Of a stretch of 64,000 nucleotides of DNA, positions 26,852 to 41,187 are shown piece after piece. The position numbers and the translations under genes are program-made. Position 1 is the stretch's first letter; every line of letters starts with the position of its first letter. Location: NCBI GenBank assembly GCA_964016885.1, contig OZ024744.1:87916001-87980000 (forward strand), read 5' to 3'. Source of the DNA: Eledone cirrhosa. Taxonomy: Eukaryota. The notes under the pieces are model-generated. The model had not been told where the DNA came from and made no database searches. It saw only the letters and a program-made list of their open reading frames with translations.

Positions 26852-27120
26852 GATTTCATTTATTAGCCACAAGGGCCAACATGTAGGGGGACAATACAAA
26901 GACAGGGACAGTGGGGGTTTACAATAAGGTCGAGTAAAAGTGCACAATGGCAAGACTAATTTAACAATGAAGATATAAAAATATAAAATAAACTATGCAT
27001 AAATATAACAAAATAAATTCCCCGATAGGGATTGGACGACCCTGGGGTGACTCGGGTACCCCACCAATCCTGAACCACCCTGCGCTTCTTGGGCACCCAG
27101 GGAGAGCACCCCTCTCCTCA
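26852..27120 (-). mobile_element. 3' UTR stub of a related Tx1-like subfamily
   Basis: TTTATTAGCCACAAGGG, GGACAATACA and AAATTCCCCGATAGGG resemble 20390-20540; flanked by (AAT)n. Confidence 0.55.
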
Positions 27121-27146
27121 AATAATGATAATAATAACAATAATAA

Positions 27147-27325
<179 letters not shown>

Positions 27326-27999
27326 CGTACATACATAGCATAGCGCATATACATACGTACGTACCTACGTACCGATATACCTGCTTGCAACAGGATATAG
27401 CCACAAACTACCGCCAATCATTGCTTTTAACTTGAATATCGCCATGAAAGGCATACAACACCAACAATTACCACTCTCGATGTATCACGTTTACAGCCGT
27501 ATCTGTCAGTAAAACGACCACCACTACCGTAAATTTCCTCTCCGCGATTGCTACCACTAACAACATCGTCCTCTCCCTAATATAAACATTGAACATCACC
27601 TTTATAATATGATGCGTTCATTACGTTAGCTGTCTGCCTAATAATCTGTTTAGAAACTGTTTATAAGCATAAACAGGGACATACAGAGACTTTCTCTCAC
27701 ACACAAACATTCACTCATACACACAGCAAATAAACACTCTCATACACACACTCAAATACATACACAAATATCACCACGTACACACACACCTACATACAAT
27801 TATTCACATATATGTTTCCACACACCCTATACTCCCACCTTCTCAGCCTTTTCTTTTTTGTTCTCTCTTGTCTTCCTTTTCATTTTTCTCTCTCTTTCGT
27901 TTTTAAACTCTTTCATTTCCTTCATTTTCTTTTTCTTTTTTTTTTTTTTTCAGTATAGATTTTCATTCTTCTCTCCTGCTGTTCTAAATTCTTACCACC

Positions 28000-28855
28000 A
28001 TCACTATAACCCCCTACCATTAATGCTACTCTAACCCGCACCTTCTACCACCATCTCCACCATCACCACCACCACGAATACCAACACCAACAACAACAAT
28101 ACTGTCATCACCAGCAACACTATTGAATTTAACACGAAAACAAACCAAGAAACACAACCACCACTAAAACCAATAACAACAGCAGTAAGACATCAAATCC
28201 ATGGACAATAAACAACATCACTATTACAATCATCAACACCACCAACACCACCACCACCACTACCACAATCAGCACCAGCACCACCACCACCACTATCACC
28301 ACCATTACCACCCTCAGCACCACCACTACCACTATTACAATCGTCAACAACACAACCAACACCACTAACACCACCATTACCACCCTCACTACCACCACCA
28401 CTATCACCATCACTACCACAGCCGCCACTACTATCATCAACACCACCGACATCAACAACGCCACCATTACCAACCTCAACACCACCACTATCACAACTAT
28501 TACCACCCTCATGACTACCACCATCAACACCACCAACATTACCACCATCAACACCACCACCCTCAACACCACCCTCACCACCACCACTATCACAACTATT
28601 ACCAACCTCACGACCACCACCATCACCACCACCACCACCACCACCACCACCACCACCACCACCAACATTACCACCATCAACACCACCACCACTATTAACA
28701 TCATTACCATCATCAACACCACCACCACTATCACCACCATTAACATTCTCACCACCACCACCACCACCACTTCTATCACCACCATTACCACCCTCACCAC
28801 CATCCCCACTCTCACCACCACCACCACCCTCACCACCACCACCACCACCACTACT
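28000..28855. repeat. degenerate (ACC/ATC)n trinucleotide low-complexity tract
   Basis: Source of the poly-T and poly-V ORF artefacts. Confidence 0.9.
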
Positions 28856-28990
28856 TTACGTTCTGAGATGAACTTTGCCTTTCATCCTTACGGGGTTGAT
28901 AAAATAAAGTACCAGTAATGCACTGAAGTCGATTTAATCGACTTTCCCCTCCTCCAAAATTGCTGTCCTTGTGCCTATATAAGAAATCAT
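28855..28990 (+). mobile_element. 5'-truncated SINE copy (long 3' variant)
   Basis: Meta-like domain followed by GTCGATTTAATCGACTTTCCCC. Confidence 0.8.
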
Positions 28991-29144
28991 TGTTATCGCT
29001 TTCTATCTTTCTTAATTCCTTTCTTTCTTTTACTCTTTCTTACTTTTTCCTTCCTTCCTACTTTCTTTATCATTTACCTTCTCTCTATATATAGATTTCT
29101 TTCTCTCTCCTTGTTTCTCTATCTCTCCCTCTTTCTCCCCTCTT

Positions 29145-29200
<56 letters not shown>

Positions 29201-29250
29201 TATATTGTTATACTTTTCAGAAACGAAATAAATATATATTCATATATTTG

Positions 29251-29322
<72 letters not shown>

Positions 29323-29339
29323 TATACCTCTTTCTCCCT

Positions 29340-29405
<66 letters not shown>

Positions 29406-29787
29406 TCTTCCCCTCTCCCTCTATCTTCACTTCCCTCTCTCATCCCTCTCATCCCGTCTGATTGTCATATATAACTAGTATCATCTGTCCGTCTTGTATT
29501 TCTTGTATGTTATGTCTTATATGTTTTATATTCACCTTATTTGCTTTTGTATCCATGTTATACAATACATTTTATCTATATATATATGTGTTGAAATTTC
29601 CGTTGAAAAAGTCAGAGGAATGAAGAGTGCTCTATGTAAGTTACAGAGCTAAATATTTAATGTATAATAAACAATACAATATTATAACCTCATTACCAGG
29701 GGTTTTCCGAATAAGACGGATACAAGAAACGTCCGCATTCGTTCGTCAGACAAGGCAATTATATATATATACATATATATATATATA

Positions 29788-30278
29788 TAAATATAAGTAT
29801 GTCCACGTACATACATATATGTATACAGACGTACAGTAGTATGTATACATATATACATACATGCACACATAGATATATGTACGTATGGATTCACCGAACA
29901 TTTATTATAATGCTCGGTGTGTTTGTAAACAAACATCCCGTATTAAGCCGTAGTGTCTAGCAACCATCGTTGATCGTTTGTTCAACACTGACAAAGGAAC
30001 GCTGTACTAGTTTCAAGCTTATTAGCTATCGTCAGCAACGTAAACCTTCCTGCCAAATTGTTGAACGTATATACTTACCTTATGCATATTAACGGCTGAG
30101 TAGCCCAATTTGCTACTGCTTAATACGGGATGTTTCTTTACAAACAGCCCGAGCATTATAATAAATGTTCGGTGAATCCATACGTACATATATGTATGTG
30201 TGCATGTATGTATATATATATACATACTACTGTACGTCTGTATACATATATGTATGTACGTGTACATACTTATATTTA
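29788..30278. repeat. inverted repeat, ~165-bp arms and ~160-bp spacer
   Basis: 29788-29953 is the reverse complement of 30113-30278. Confidence 0.9.
30000..30040 (-). ncRNA. minimal type I hammerhead motif in the spacer of the inverted repeat
   Basis: Minus strand CGTTG-CTGACGA-t AGCT aata AGCT t-GAAA-CTAG-TA-CAGCG. Confidence 0.75.
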
Positions 30279-30335
30279 AGTAACAGCCGTACTAAGAGTG
30301 GGAAATGGAATTTCGTCTCATTTTTTCCGTTTATT

Positions 30336-30434
<99 letters not shown>

Positions 30435-30944
30435 TGAAAGGACTTGACTGCTATTTCTAGTTGTCGATAACCCTATTCACGCCACTGTGACGAAGCTGGT
30501 ACGATGTGTGTATTTTTAATAAATACAGCACGTGTTACTGGCCAGTCGCTGATTTGTATTTGATGCGTAAACACAGGTGGTTAGTCCTCTTCCTTGTGGA
30601 AAATCTAGGATATAGCTACTGTCGTTTACCAATCGATTAATTGGTGAAATATATTTCTTTAATGGAATATATACAGGGAAGATTAATCAATTTATAAGGT
30701 ATCTATTTTTGAAGTTCTAGTTAAACTTTATTTAGTTACCTACATAGCTATGTGTGCTTACACACTTTTACAAATTATCCCCTGTGATTGTTACATATGT
30801 TTATTTTAGATATATTTATATGTCAATCAATTTCTAGTTGATATAAAATGCTCTGATATATTCATTGGAATCTTGGATCATATTTTACGGGTGATATGGC
30901 GCATGTCTATCTGACAGGACACCCTTAATTTAACTTAATTTTGG

Positions 30945-31072
<128 letters not shown>

Positions 31073-31464
31073 GTTGGCTGACCCAGCATATTTAACAATG
31101 CCAGTACCGGTTGTATCTCAGCGCACTCAATGGGCAATATAAGATACATTACCAGAGTATACACATAGTTATTTGCCTCAACACAACACGCGTAAAACGG
31201 GTCCTATAAGGTTCCCGGACTCGAGTTTCTGCCGCACTAATGCAGCAGTAAGGTGCACTGCACCATCTGTCTGCATATATTATGCAACAATGCACAATCG
31301 GCTTATGCGGCTTCATCACCGGGTATCGCCTAATCAATAACCAATCGATCGACAGAATCCAATCACCGGCCCATGCCGGTCATGACTGTTTGTGACAACC
31401 GACACTGTAAAGCGATTAGCAACTGGCAACCGATAGGACTCTATCTCTGAACTAGCCACTGATT

Positions 31465-31505
<41 letters not shown>

Positions 31506-31579
31506 TTGGCCCTTAATTCTAAACAAACTAACAAACAAACAAACAAACAATAACAACAACAACAATAACAAAACCAATA

Positions 31580-31765
31580 ATTGTTTCTACTTTAGGCACA
31601 AGGCCAGCAATTACCCAATGCATTACTGGTACTTTATTTTATCGACCCCGTAAGGATGAAAGGCAAAGTCAACCTCAGCGGGATTTGAACTCAGATCGTA
31701 AAGGGACGTAACTATGCTGGAAAGCATGGCGTCCGACCATCTACTGATACTGCCAATCCACCGCC
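31580..31765 (-). mobile_element. tRNA-derived SINE copy
   Basis: Reverse complement of the 1331 SINE. Confidence 0.88.
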
Positions 31766-32117
31766 AATAACAACACCAATAATGACAACAAACAAACACA
31801 ACGAAGTATTTGTTATCAAAAGCTTTCTTTCTTTCTAATCTTATATTTTTTTCATTTTCCATTTATTTGGTATGGTACTTTTTGTCATTATTTGGGCACA
31901 TTTTTTACACTTTTTGGGGCACTTTTTTTGTTTGTTTGTTGCTGTAATTCTGTACCACTTATACATACATTGTACATATACATGTTTCTCACTTATATAT
32001 ACATTGTACATATACATGTATATCTATTAGTACATACACTGTATGGTCTAATACATACACATGTTTCTTTCTTGTTGACTTTTCGACTTCAAATGATGGT
32101 TTGTTTGATTGAGTGCT

Positions 32118-32530
32118 TGGCAGTATCGGTAGAGGGTCGGACGCCATGCTTTGCGGTATAGTGTTACGGCCCTTGCCATTCTGAGTTCAAATCTCGCCAA
32201 GGTTAACTTTGCCTTTCATCCTTATGGGATCGATAAAATAAAGTACCAGTAATGCACTGGGGTCTATTTAATAGACTTTCCCCTCCCTCCAAAATTGCTG
32301 GCCTTGTGCCTATATAAGAAACAATTATTTATTGGTCAATTTGATGTTGTGGATTGGCTGTATCGGTAGAGCGTCAGACGCCATGCTTTGAAGTATAGTT
32401 ATGGCCCTTTACGTTCTGTGTTCAAATCCCGCTGTGGTCAACTTTACCTTTCATCCTTATGGGGCCGATAAAATAAAGGACCAGTAATGTACTGATTTAA
32501 TTGCTGGCCTTGTGCCAATAGTAGAAACAA
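32118..32530 (+). mobile_element. two adjacent SINE copies
   Basis: Copies at ~32118-32325 and ~32350-32530. Confidence 0.85.
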
Positions 32531-32539
32531 TTTTTTATT

Positions 32540-33153
32540 GGTCAATTTACTGCTGCTACTGTTGTTGCTGTTGCTACTGTTGCTGATGTTGTTGCTGCTG
32601 TTGCTGATGATGATGGACATGATGGTGATGATGGTGGTAATGGTGATGATGATGGCGATGGTGATGATGATGGCGATGATGTTGATGATGGTGATGATGG
32701 TTGTGATGGTGATGATGGTGGTGATGGTAATGATGGTGATGATGGTGATGATGGTGATGATTGAGTTTTTGTTGATGTATTTATTATTGGTCAATTTACT
32801 GCTGTTAGTGTTGCTACTGTTGCTGCTATTGCTGTTGTTCCTGCTACTGGTGGTGGTGGTGGTGGTGGTGATTATGATGATGATGGTGGTGATCGACATG
32901 ATGGCAATGATGGGGATAATGGAATTGTTGTTGTTGATAGTGGTGCTTACCGACAGTTGTGGAGGTGTTGATGGTGGCGGTAGTGTTTGTGGTGACGGTG
33001 GTGACAATGATAAATATGATGGTAGTTCTGGTGATAGTTGTGGTCGTGGTGATTGTGATTTTGGTGGTAGAGTGGGTCGGATGTGGTGCTGTGGTGCTGC
33101 GGTGCTGGTGGTGATAGCGTTTGTGGTGGTGTTGGTGATGATAGCGCTTGTGG

Positions 33154-33184
<31 letters not shown>

Positions 33185-33190
33185 GCCGGT
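32540..33190. repeat. (TGG/TGA/TGC)n low-complexity tract
   Basis: Direct inspection. Confidence 0.9.
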
Positions 33191-33197
33191 TTAAATA

Positions 33198-33370
33198 ATT
33201 GTTTCTACTATTGGCACAAGGCCAGCAATTACCCAGTACATTACTGGTACACTTATTTTATCGACCCCCGTAAGGATGAAAGGCAAAGTTAACCTCGGTG
33301 GGATTTGAACTCATAATGGCAAGGGTCGTAACTCTATGCGTCAAACCATGGCGTCCGACCCTCTATCGAT
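33198..33370 (-). mobile_element. tRNA-derived SINE copy
   Basis: Reverse complement of the 1331 SINE. Confidence 0.85.
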
Positions 33371-33479
33371 GGTAGTGTTGCAGATGAGGCTGATGAAGGT
33401 GGTGATAATTATGTTCGTGGGCATGATTGAAACATTGACTTTAAAGAGCAGTTGTGTACCGATGATGATTTATCTAAAT

Positions 33480-33798
33480 CAGGGGCGGGCAACAGGCGGC
33501 CCACGGGCCACAGTCCGGCCAGCCAGACCAGTCAGAGTGACCCGCGATGACCGTTTTTAATTTTTACCTTGTTGGCTTATTTATAATTCGTTTCGAAATC
33601 GTAAAACAATTTTCTGTTAGTTGACCTATACTAAAGGGCTTCACTGATAGGGTTATGTGTGTTATAAATTCCCAGTTTCATGTTATGGAAAGAAGTTGTG
33701 GTTAATCTTTGGAATAGTGCTTAATTAATATTAATGCCCCTAATAGTTGTTCCAATGTTCAAAAGCGGCCTGCCAATGGAATATGTTGCACAACCCTG
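33480..33798. mobile_element. non-autonomous hAT (Charlie-like) MITE
   Basis: Imperfect TIRs CAGGGGCGGGCAAC / GTTGCACAACCCTG; perfect 8-bp TSD ATCTAAAT at 33472-33479 and 33799-33806; subterminal GCGGCC motifs. Confidence 0.88.
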
Positions 33799-33809
33799 AT
33801 CTAAATGAT

Positions 33810-34930
33810 ATCTTACAGAAAATAAAGCTAGAATGGGACTTGGGCAATAGCAAGGAGAAGCTGAATCATTTATTAATTATGGATTAGCTAGAGCTGCATA
33901 CGAAAAATGAGAAGGAATTGTAGAACTTAGTACATACAGTGTGTATCTTCAGAAGATATTAGAATGAAATTTAGAATCTTAAACTGTGCGTCAATGGTGA
34001 TAAGAACAGGAATGTTCAAAATGACGGAGGGAGAAAAGATGCCTAGCCAGACGGGAAAATAATGAAATGTTTGTAGGCAGGGACAAGTTCCAAATATCTT
34101 ATGATTTTGGAGGCCGATGTTAGGAATCACAGAATGATGAAAGAGAGTACAAAGAAAGAGTGTTTTAGAGAGTGCGAAGAATATTTGGGCCAAAATTGAA
34201 TAGGGTAGAAAAACACGAAAATTATTGTCAATATACGGGTCACATCTCCCTCGTACAGATGTAGACATTAAAAGAACAAATTGTTGCAGAGTTTTTATAT
34301 GTATAGAAGTTTGTGTTAAGATTGGGCAGGATTGACCATGAAAGATCGTTGTTTACAGTAAGAGCGCTATCAAACCTTTAAGCTAACGACAGGGAAAATA
34401 CTATATACGGGATGCAAGCGGAACATATGGAAGCAGTGATCAATAAAAAACTACACATATAAATTCACAGTGTGGCAGTTGAAGTAGCAGAGCAACCAAA
34501 ATGGGATTGGTTACAAAAACGTGCCCTAAAAAAGCACTAGCCACTTACTGGCGTGTTCACCAAAGAATTGTACAAGTATCACCATTATGTAGAGTGTGTA
34601 ATGAGTACAACAAAACAATATCACATATTGTTTATGAATGTTCTAAACCTGCACACAACCAAACAAGCTATGGTAGGATGATGAGGGTGCAGATGCAGTA
34701 AATTGAATGTTGTGAGAAAACTGAAAATTTCAAAGAGGAAAGACATGGTATGACTAAAACCCAAGAAAAGGCAACGAATGTGTAAAAAAGTGTTAAATAC
34801 TTTGGAATTTTACAATTCAGACTGACCAAAAACTGGAGCACAATAAACCAGACATAACAGATATTGACAAGCTTCAAAAGATATGCCTATTTAATAAATA
34901 TGGCTTGCCTATTTGATTAAATAATAATAA
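33810..34930 (+). mobile_element. old, degraded R4/Dong-like LINE
   Basis: Remnants LNHLL, PLCRVCNEYNKTISHIVYEC and WNFTIQTDQKLEHNKPDI; ends at TAATAATAA. Confidence 0.7.
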
Positions 34931-34979
34931 AGCCGCTATTTGTAGCAGACCGAACGACCATATATCCTCCCATAACCCT

Positions 34980-35150
34980 CCCAGTGTGAAGTGGTCGTGT
35001 AGGTGCCATGACAAAAAAAATCACTCAGTCCACACTGTAAAGTGGTCATGTATGTGCCACGGTAAAAAGCACCCAGTACTCATTGTAAATGAGGTAGGTG
35101 TTAGGAAGGGCATCCAGCTGTAGGAATCATGACAAAATCAGTTCTGTATG
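34980..35150 (+). mobile_element. SINE-like fragment of a third family
   Basis: AAAAGCACCCAGTAC...GTTAGGAAGGGCATCCAGCTGTAG with an internal duplication; recognised from memory only. Confidence 0.45.
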
Positions 35151-35289
35151 AGCAAGACATGGTCACTATATATATTTATTTATTTATTTATTTATTTACT
35201 TATTTATTTATATGATGGCTGCAAAATCGTGTTCGAGCATTGCCATCGCCTGATAATATGCTCAAAAATATTAAGCACGAATGTGACTC

Positions 35290-37800
35290 TTTAAACCAAC
35301 CCAAGAACTGCACCCTCTTGCACATATATGGCAACTGTAGGCTCCTCCGGGACTTTCCTAACACATTCCTTGCCACATTTCTTCCACCTTTTTAGATCAT
35401 AATCTACCTGAGGTAGATTATCGTGTCTAATCAAACCAGCTTTATTCAGGCAGACTCGACCAGTGTTGCCAAACCAGATGATGTTCAACAGCAGGCAGTT
35501 CGGAACAGTCTCTTTTCCTTACCTTCCTTTTCAGTGTAAGGTGTTCTCTCCGACGACTGTCAAAGTTTTCATTAGCCATTTTCTCCCATTCGTCAGATGA
35601 AATTCCAGCACAAGCCAAGGTGCCCCTCACACAGTCCTGATACCACACTTTTGGTTTGTGTGGTGGTCGTCTTCCTTCACACAGTTCTCCGTAGAGAAGT
35701 TGCTTTGGAATGTGATCATCAGACATCCGGAGCACGTGTCCACACCACCTCAACCGGTGCCGAAAGATCATGCTCTCTATAGTCATGCAACTGCTCCATT
35801 TGAGAGAACTTCCAAATCACTGACGAACATTTTCCATCGCACCCCAAGTAACTTAGTAACTTACGAAGAGATTCTTAGTGAAATCTCTCCAGTTCCTTTA
35901 GGTGCTTTTTGTATGTGACCCAGGTTTCACAAGCATAAAGCAAAGAGAAGACGATACAAGTCAGATACACTTTCACCTTGGTTTCGATAGTGATACCTCG
36001 TCGGGACCATAAACGTTCGTGCAACCTTCCAAAAGTATCAGTGGCTTATATTTCATCATCCAGTGTGCATGAATTGTTCAGCGTACTACCAAGGCACACA
36101 AACCTGTCGACAATGTTTAACCTCTTTCCGTACACGTACACACTTTGTGCAATGTACTCTTTTCCAGGTGCTGGCTGATACATCACAACAGTCTTTTCCA
36201 AGCTTACTGTGAGGCTCAAAACGCTGTAAGTTTCAGAAAAAGAGTTCATAACATGCTGGATGTTACTTTGTGAGTGTGCAAAAAGATCGCAGCCATTTGC
36301 ATACAAAAAACTCTCGGGTTATAGATGTTAATACCTTTGTGCTTACACCAAAGAGCCTGATGTTGAACAATCTTCCCGAAGTGCGATACCTGATGTAAAC
36401 CCCATGCGAACAATTCTTCCTGAATGCCATGAGAAACACTATCGTAAAATATAAGGAAAACAGTGTTGGAGCCGGAATGTCCCCCTTCTTCACTCCATTT
36501 TCAACTGATATTGGTTCAGAGATGCTACCACCAATACTGACCCAAGCCTTCATATCATCATGAAAAAGACGCAGAATCTTCACAAACCTTGGAGGGCAGC
36601 CAAGCTTCTCCAAAATTTTCCACAATGCAGTTCGATTGACGGTGTCAAAAGCCTTTGTCAAGTCAACAAAGACTTGGTAAAGGTCCATACATTGTACGAT
36701 ACACTTTTATTGTAGCTGCCGAGCAGAAACGATCATATCCACTGTTCTTCTTTCGTTTCTGAACACACACAGTGACTCGGGCAACACATTCAGAGCAACT
36801 CTTGAAATAAATCTATCCATCAAAATTTGACAAATGACTTTACCAACTACTGAAAGAAGTGATATGCCACGATAATAGCCACATTTGTCCTTCCCACCCT
36901 TTCCTTAATGGAGAATCACCTTCCAATCCTTCCAATCTTGTGGGACATTCTCATCTTCCCACACCTTTTTCACGAGGTCAGTCAGACGCTTCGTGAAGTT
37001 TTCACCACTGCCCTTCAAAACGTCTGCACTCAGACCATCCATACCAGGAGACTTACCACAGTTCAGCTTATGCACAGAAGAAGTGACCTCGGCAAGAAAA
37101 GGTACATCAGCCATCTCGTGCTTCACTGGTTCAATAGAAATGGAGCAAATGAAATCATCAACTAGGAATGGCTGGTTTAAGGGCTCATCAAAGTTATCTC
37201 TCCATCTGTCGAGTATGTCTTTTGGATCGCACAGTAACTACATGCTATCTTTTGATCTCAACGGTGTCACTGGTGAGCTGAAAGGACCATACACCGCTCT
37301 GAGTAGAGCGTGCAACAGTTTCACGTTGTTGCCATCAGATGCTCCTTGAACCTAATCTGCTTTGTTGTTCCACCAGATATTTTGCATTGCCCTGATTTTA
37401 ACCTGCACCTCTTTCTTTACCTGTCTGTAACGCTCATAATTGTCACCATCTGAACTATCACCTGTAAGAATTGCACCAAGACCTCCCGATCATTCTCACG
37501 AATCCAGTCCTTGTGTTTTCTTGTGACAAAGCCAAGGGCCTCAGCTGAAGCCTCAGAGACCGAACTCCTGAAGTCATTCCAGTTGTTTGCACAATTAATG
37601 CTTTCAAGCCTGCGACACAGCTCTTCCTTGAAACCCTTATATTTCATACGATCTATATTCAAGAACTTTGGAATTTTGACACCTTTTGCTCTTGCTTGAG
37701 GTTTGATCACGAAGTTTGCCTTGGTGGGCACCAGTCGATGGTCTGTCCAGCACTCTGCTCCACGCAGAAGACGCACGTGCTTGATATCCTGCATGTCATA
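35290..37800 (-). mobile_element. RTE (BovB-like) LINE fossil
   Basis: CWTDHRLV (endonuclease end), KSPGMDG, FVDLTKAFDTVNR..LW.IL.KLGCP, degraded YADD, RLRWCGHVLRM.D..IPKQLLYGEL; many stops and frameshifts. Confidence 0.88.
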
Positions 37801-37814
37801 TTCTTTACAAGAAC

Positions 37815-37965
37815 ATGTGTATATATATATATATATGGGGGTGGGTGGGTATATGTGAGCTATATACACTGGTAACAGACACACGCACACACATATATAT
37901 ATACGCAACAAAAGCCCCAGCTCTCTCCCTTCCATTTTCCTTGTCTTTCTCTGTCTCCCCCCCCA

Positions 37966-37996
<31 letters not shown>

Positions 37997-38041
37997 TTCT
38001 CTTTTAATCTACTCTCTCACAACCACTATATTTTCTCTCTG

Positions 38042-38125
<84 letters not shown>

Positions 38126-38270
38126 TTATGAAGATACCCGGAAAAAACAGGGGGCCCGTGCTCCGATTTACCCGAAACTTGTTTTATTCCAAATGTATTC
38201 CCATTTCAGAGGCAACTTCCTTTCAAAATATCTTCCCATTATGTGCCGTTTTGGCTGTATTAAATAGCAG
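37815..38270 (+). repeat. unclassified ~450-bp interspersed repeat; inverted homolog at ~56470-56880
   Basis: Shared TATATACACTGG, CTACTCTCTCACAAC, TTTATGAAG...GGAAAAAAC, TATTCCCATTTCAG and TTTTGGCTGTATT blocks. Confidence 0.7.
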
Positions 38271-38469
38271 ACAAGGACACAATCACAGAGTTTTAGTAGT
38301 ATATACATGTATCACATCACCAGTCTGAAGAGCAGGTCAACAATTGAGTAAGATCCGCAACTCCTATGGCTTAGCTAACCTTGAGCCAATCCTCTGCGAA
38401 GCGTACTTAACAGCTCGATACACAATAAACTTCTAATACATGCAAACGAAACTTCCTCGTTTTTTCTAA

Positions 38470-39716
38470 TCTATATATATAAAACTGTGGTTGTCTGTCT
38501 GTCTATCGATTTTTGGCACACATCTCCTCTTAGAATCTCTCACGGAATTGCACCGAAATTGCTATACTTGTACATTGAGCCCTAGCGAAGACATCGGAAA
38601 AAAAAAATTTCAAATTGACCCACCCTATGTGACGAAATCGAATATAATGTATCGATTTTTGAGCGTAAGTGATCAGTTATTTCCCTTTGTTCTGTTTACA
38701 TTGAGCGTCTTACGTAAAAAATTACGCTGGCTTTAACAGTTGTCGAGCCAGCAAAATATTGACCTGCAAAATTCATCAGTTCGAACACTAAGCTTCCGTT
38801 TTGCTTCATTTCCATTTAAAAGCATTTTAAAACAATATTTTTACTTGAAAACAAGTCTATTTAAAGACTACGTAAAACAAGCAAATATTTCGTCGTTAGG
38901 CGTGCAGACAGACAGTCGTGCAGAGAGGTGATATAGGCGTGCAGACAGATAGTCGTGCAGAGAGGTGATATAGGCGTGCAGACAGACAGTCGTGCAGAGA
39001 GGTGATATACGCGTGCAGACAGACAGTCGTGCAGAGAGGTGATATAGGCGTGCAGACAGACAGTCGTGCAGAGAGGTGATATAGGCGTGCAGACAGACAA
39101 TCGTGCAGAGAGGTGATATAGGCGTGCAGACAGACAGTCGTGCAGAGAGGTGATATAGGCGTGCAGACAGACAGTCGTGCAGACAGACAGTCGTGCAGAG
39201 AGGTGATATAGGCGTGCAGACAGACAGTCGTGCAGAGAGGTGATATAGGCGTGCAGACAGACAGTCGTGCAGAGAGGTGATATAGGCGTGCAGACAGACA
39301 GTCGTGCAGAGAGGTGATATAGGCGTGCAGACAGACAGTCGTGCAGAGAGGTGATATAGGCGTGCAGACAGACAGTCGTGCAGAGAGGTGATATAGGCGT
39401 GCAGACAGACATAACTGATAATTTGGTTACGCTAATGTTTTTCTCTGCGTTGCAGTGTTTACATTTTCGATCTTTGTTAATAAATAACCAGTGCAGTTTT
39501 TATCCCCAGCATCCTCTTTTGTTATAACATTCGGGTTATCGTTATGTTTTCTTAACTTCATAAGGCATATTGTTGGTTGAGGGAATATTAATCAAAAACA
39601 CCACATGCAAGTCTGCACAGTAGACACTACAGTTTTTAAGCCAAGAAAGAAACTTAACATTGTAACTTTAACACAGATACTGAGCGACCCCGAGCAACGC
39701 CGGGCTTTACTGCTAG
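38470..39716 (+). mobile_element. non-autonomous Helitron
   Basis: 5' TC(TATATATATAAAA), early (GTCT)n, 3' hairpin CCCG-AGCAACGC-CGGG followed by CTAG, inserted between A and T with no TSD. Confidence 0.8.
38898..39411. repeat. 37-bp minisatellite (~14 copies) inside the Helitron
   Basis: Unit GGTGATATAGGCGTGCAGACAGACAGTCGTGCAGAGA. Confidence 0.97.
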
Positions 39717-39972
39717 TATATTACTGCTAGTATATATATATAACGAAGGAAATATGTTAAGGAACCAGATGGACCATAACGCACCAAAGTACTCAATACT
39801 TAGGGTAGAAGAGTGGGTAATAGGAACGAGTAGGACTCTAACGGCTGAGCTCAAGCCGTTTCGACGGCTAATCCAGTCCTTCCTGTTCCTATATCCATAC
39901 ACATCCCGATTGAAGATCCGCGAAGTTGAAACAATTGTTCTCGGTATGGTGAACTGACTGTTGTGTAACCAC

Positions 39973-40015
<43 letters not shown>

Positions 40016-40295
40016 TACACACACATTTATATATATATATATTAATGTATAATATATATATGTAATATGTGTGTGTGTATAAGTGTTTCCGTTTAATGCT
40101 ACAAAAATTATGTCGGTGTGATCGTGCAAATCATCGTCTAATAATTCAAACCAATAAATTAATAAAATTATAAACATACACATATACTCATATATATATA
40201 TATATATATATTGTGTGTGTGTGTACGTGTGTGTGCGTGCGTGTGAGAGTGTGTTTATGTGTGCGTGTGTACATATTATAGTCTTTATATATACA

Positions 40296-41185
40296 TTAAT
40301 CTAAAAATGTATCTCGCTGGAGCACTCCAGTCAGTATCTCAAAGAAATCTGTCGTCCCATCAGGTGTAATGACTTGGGCTTTGGTGTTGGTGTAGAGCAG
40401 TGATATCAGGTCCACTATCTTCTTGGGGATTCCATAAGCCTGTAAGATCTTCATCAGGCAGTGACGGTCCACAGAATCAAAGGCCTTCCTAAAGTCAATG
40501 AAAATCATGACCGCGGGAAGGCACTTTGCTCTAGCTACCTCAAATATCCTCCTCAGCATCAGGATGTGACTGGTGGTTGATCTTCCCTCTCTGAAGCCGT
40601 TCTGGTTGTCCCTGAGCTTCTTCTCCATCTCAGGCTGGATCCTGGTAAGAATCATCCTGTTGAGGGTCTTTGCCAAGAGTGACATGAGTGAGATCCCACT
40701 GTAGTTGTTGGTCTTAGAGAGATCTCCCTTCTTTGGCACTGGGAAGTTGTTACTGATCCTCCACTGATTTGGGGCAACTCTTTTCTCCAGTGCCTGGTTA
40801 CAGAACCCCAGGATGATATCATCAAAATCACACCTCTTCATCACCTCTGATGCCACTCCATCTTCTCCATGAGCCTTGCCCTCCTTGATCCTCTTCTTGG
40901 CTCTCTGAAGCTCCTCTCTGGTGAAGGGCTCTGGGTTGTGGAGGGTGGCTCTCCTAGTAGGGTCCTAAAATGGTCTAGGCATTTCCTCTTCCTATCCTCG
41001 GGCCCTGTTCAATGGTTCTGACTCGAACACCTTCTCTTCCTCCCTGTGATCTCGTTGATGATCATCCAGCTCTCCTTACATCCAGATCTGTCAACCACTC
41101 TCTCCACACTTCTGATCTTCTCTATCAGTGCCTCCTCTCTGGCCTCAGTCTAAGCGGTACAGAGTTCTTCCCTCATCACCTCCAC
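40296..41185 (-). mobile_element. RTE-type LINE RT fragment
   Basis: PVPKKGDLS..NNYSGISL, NQNGFR.GRST, FIDFRKAFDSV, YGIP, GVLQRD. Confidence 0.85.
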
Positions 41186-41187
41186 AG

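Noticed and set aside
38861-39412. 183-aa repetitive ORF
   Set aside because: It is a read-through of the 37-bp minisatellite
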